From Isurus oxyrinchus (lineage: Eukaryota): a stretch of DNA of 64,000 nucleotides. A program made the position numbers and the translations under genes. The notes below the pieces were generated by a model. The model made no database searches. It had not been told where the DNA came from and saw only the letters and a program-made list of their open reading frames with translations. Positions 63,340 through 64,000 of this stretch are shown here, piece by piece; position 1 is the first letter of the stretch; each line of letters starts with the position of its first letter. Location: assembly GCA_026770705.1 (NCBI GenBank), contig JANJGN010000016.1:85808001-85872000 (forward strand), in the 5' to 3' direction.

Positions 63340-64000
63340 CCACACCCCCGGCATCACCTAGACCCCCACCCATGGCATTATCCAGGCCCCCACCCATGGC
63401 ATCACCCAACCCAACCACTAGCAACACCCACACTCCTACCGCTGGCATTACCCACTCCCCCACTCCTGGCATCACCCAGCCCCTCATCTCCGGCATCAAC
63501 CACCCTCCCACCCCCAGCATCACCCACCCCCCTACCCCAGGCATCTCCCACGCCCACAACCCCGGCATCACCCACCTCCCCACCCCCGGCATCATCGAAC
63601 CCCGCCACACCCGGCATCACCTACCCCTCAGCCCCGGCATCACACATCACATCACCCCAGGCATCAACCACCCACCCTACCACCGGTATCACTCACCTCC
63701 CCAACCCCGGCATCATTCAGCCCCCTATCCCATGCATCACCCACCCCCTTAGCCTCAGCCTCACCTATTCCCCCATCCCCGGCATCACCCACCCCCTACA
63801 CCCCCGGCATCAGCCAAGCCCTCAACACCGGCATCACCCACAAAACCCAACCCCACTCCCGGCATCATCCACGCCCCCTACTCCGGCATCACCCTCCCCC
63901 TCACTCCCAGCATCACACACCCCACCAACCCTTGGCATCACCCACTATCTCAGGCCCCACATCACCACCCCCCCCAACCCTGGCAACACCCAACCCCACC
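63340..64000 (+). repeat. C-rich degenerate ~25-bp tandem repeat (CCCGGCATCACCCACCCCC core), runs off the window's right edge
   Basis: Direct reading. Confidence 0.9.

Overview
Repeat-rich vertebrate genomic DNA, almost certainly from a cartilaginous fish (shark CR1/L2 LINEs, a Deu-domain SINE, Penelope elements). It holds one recognisable gene: an apparently intact, unrearranged immunoglobulin kappa-type light-chain cluster on the + strand (type III/NS4-like). Its parts are promoter ~32684-32781, leader 32842-32890, V 33077-33371 with a perfect 12-RSS, a 23-RSS and single J 34934-35007, C 40806-41134, and poly(A) signals. More than half of the window is tandem repeat. Main observations: (1) an 11-kb 55-bp satellite whose monomer is an amplified piece of Ty3/Gypsy reverse-transcriptase coding sequence and reads in frame into the parent pol remnant; (2) a ~15.5-kb 28-bp satellite downstream of C whose monomer carries ACTTACCTG (the U1 snRNA 5' end), i.e. 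a perfect 5' splice site CAGGTAAGT on the other strand; (3) two heptamer-like minisatellites filling the V-J interval; (4) a blunt V-J join that would make an in-frame TAG; (5) a 1.1-kb internally deleted Gypsy element with both LTRs, PBS, PPT and TSD; (6) two minimal hammerhead-ribozyme motifs in Penelope fragments; (7) two apparently duplicated CR1 copies in inverted orientation around V-J. Most long ORFs in the supplied track are repeat artefacts. Repeat boundaries are approximate (read by eye) and family assignments are from recall, not database searches.
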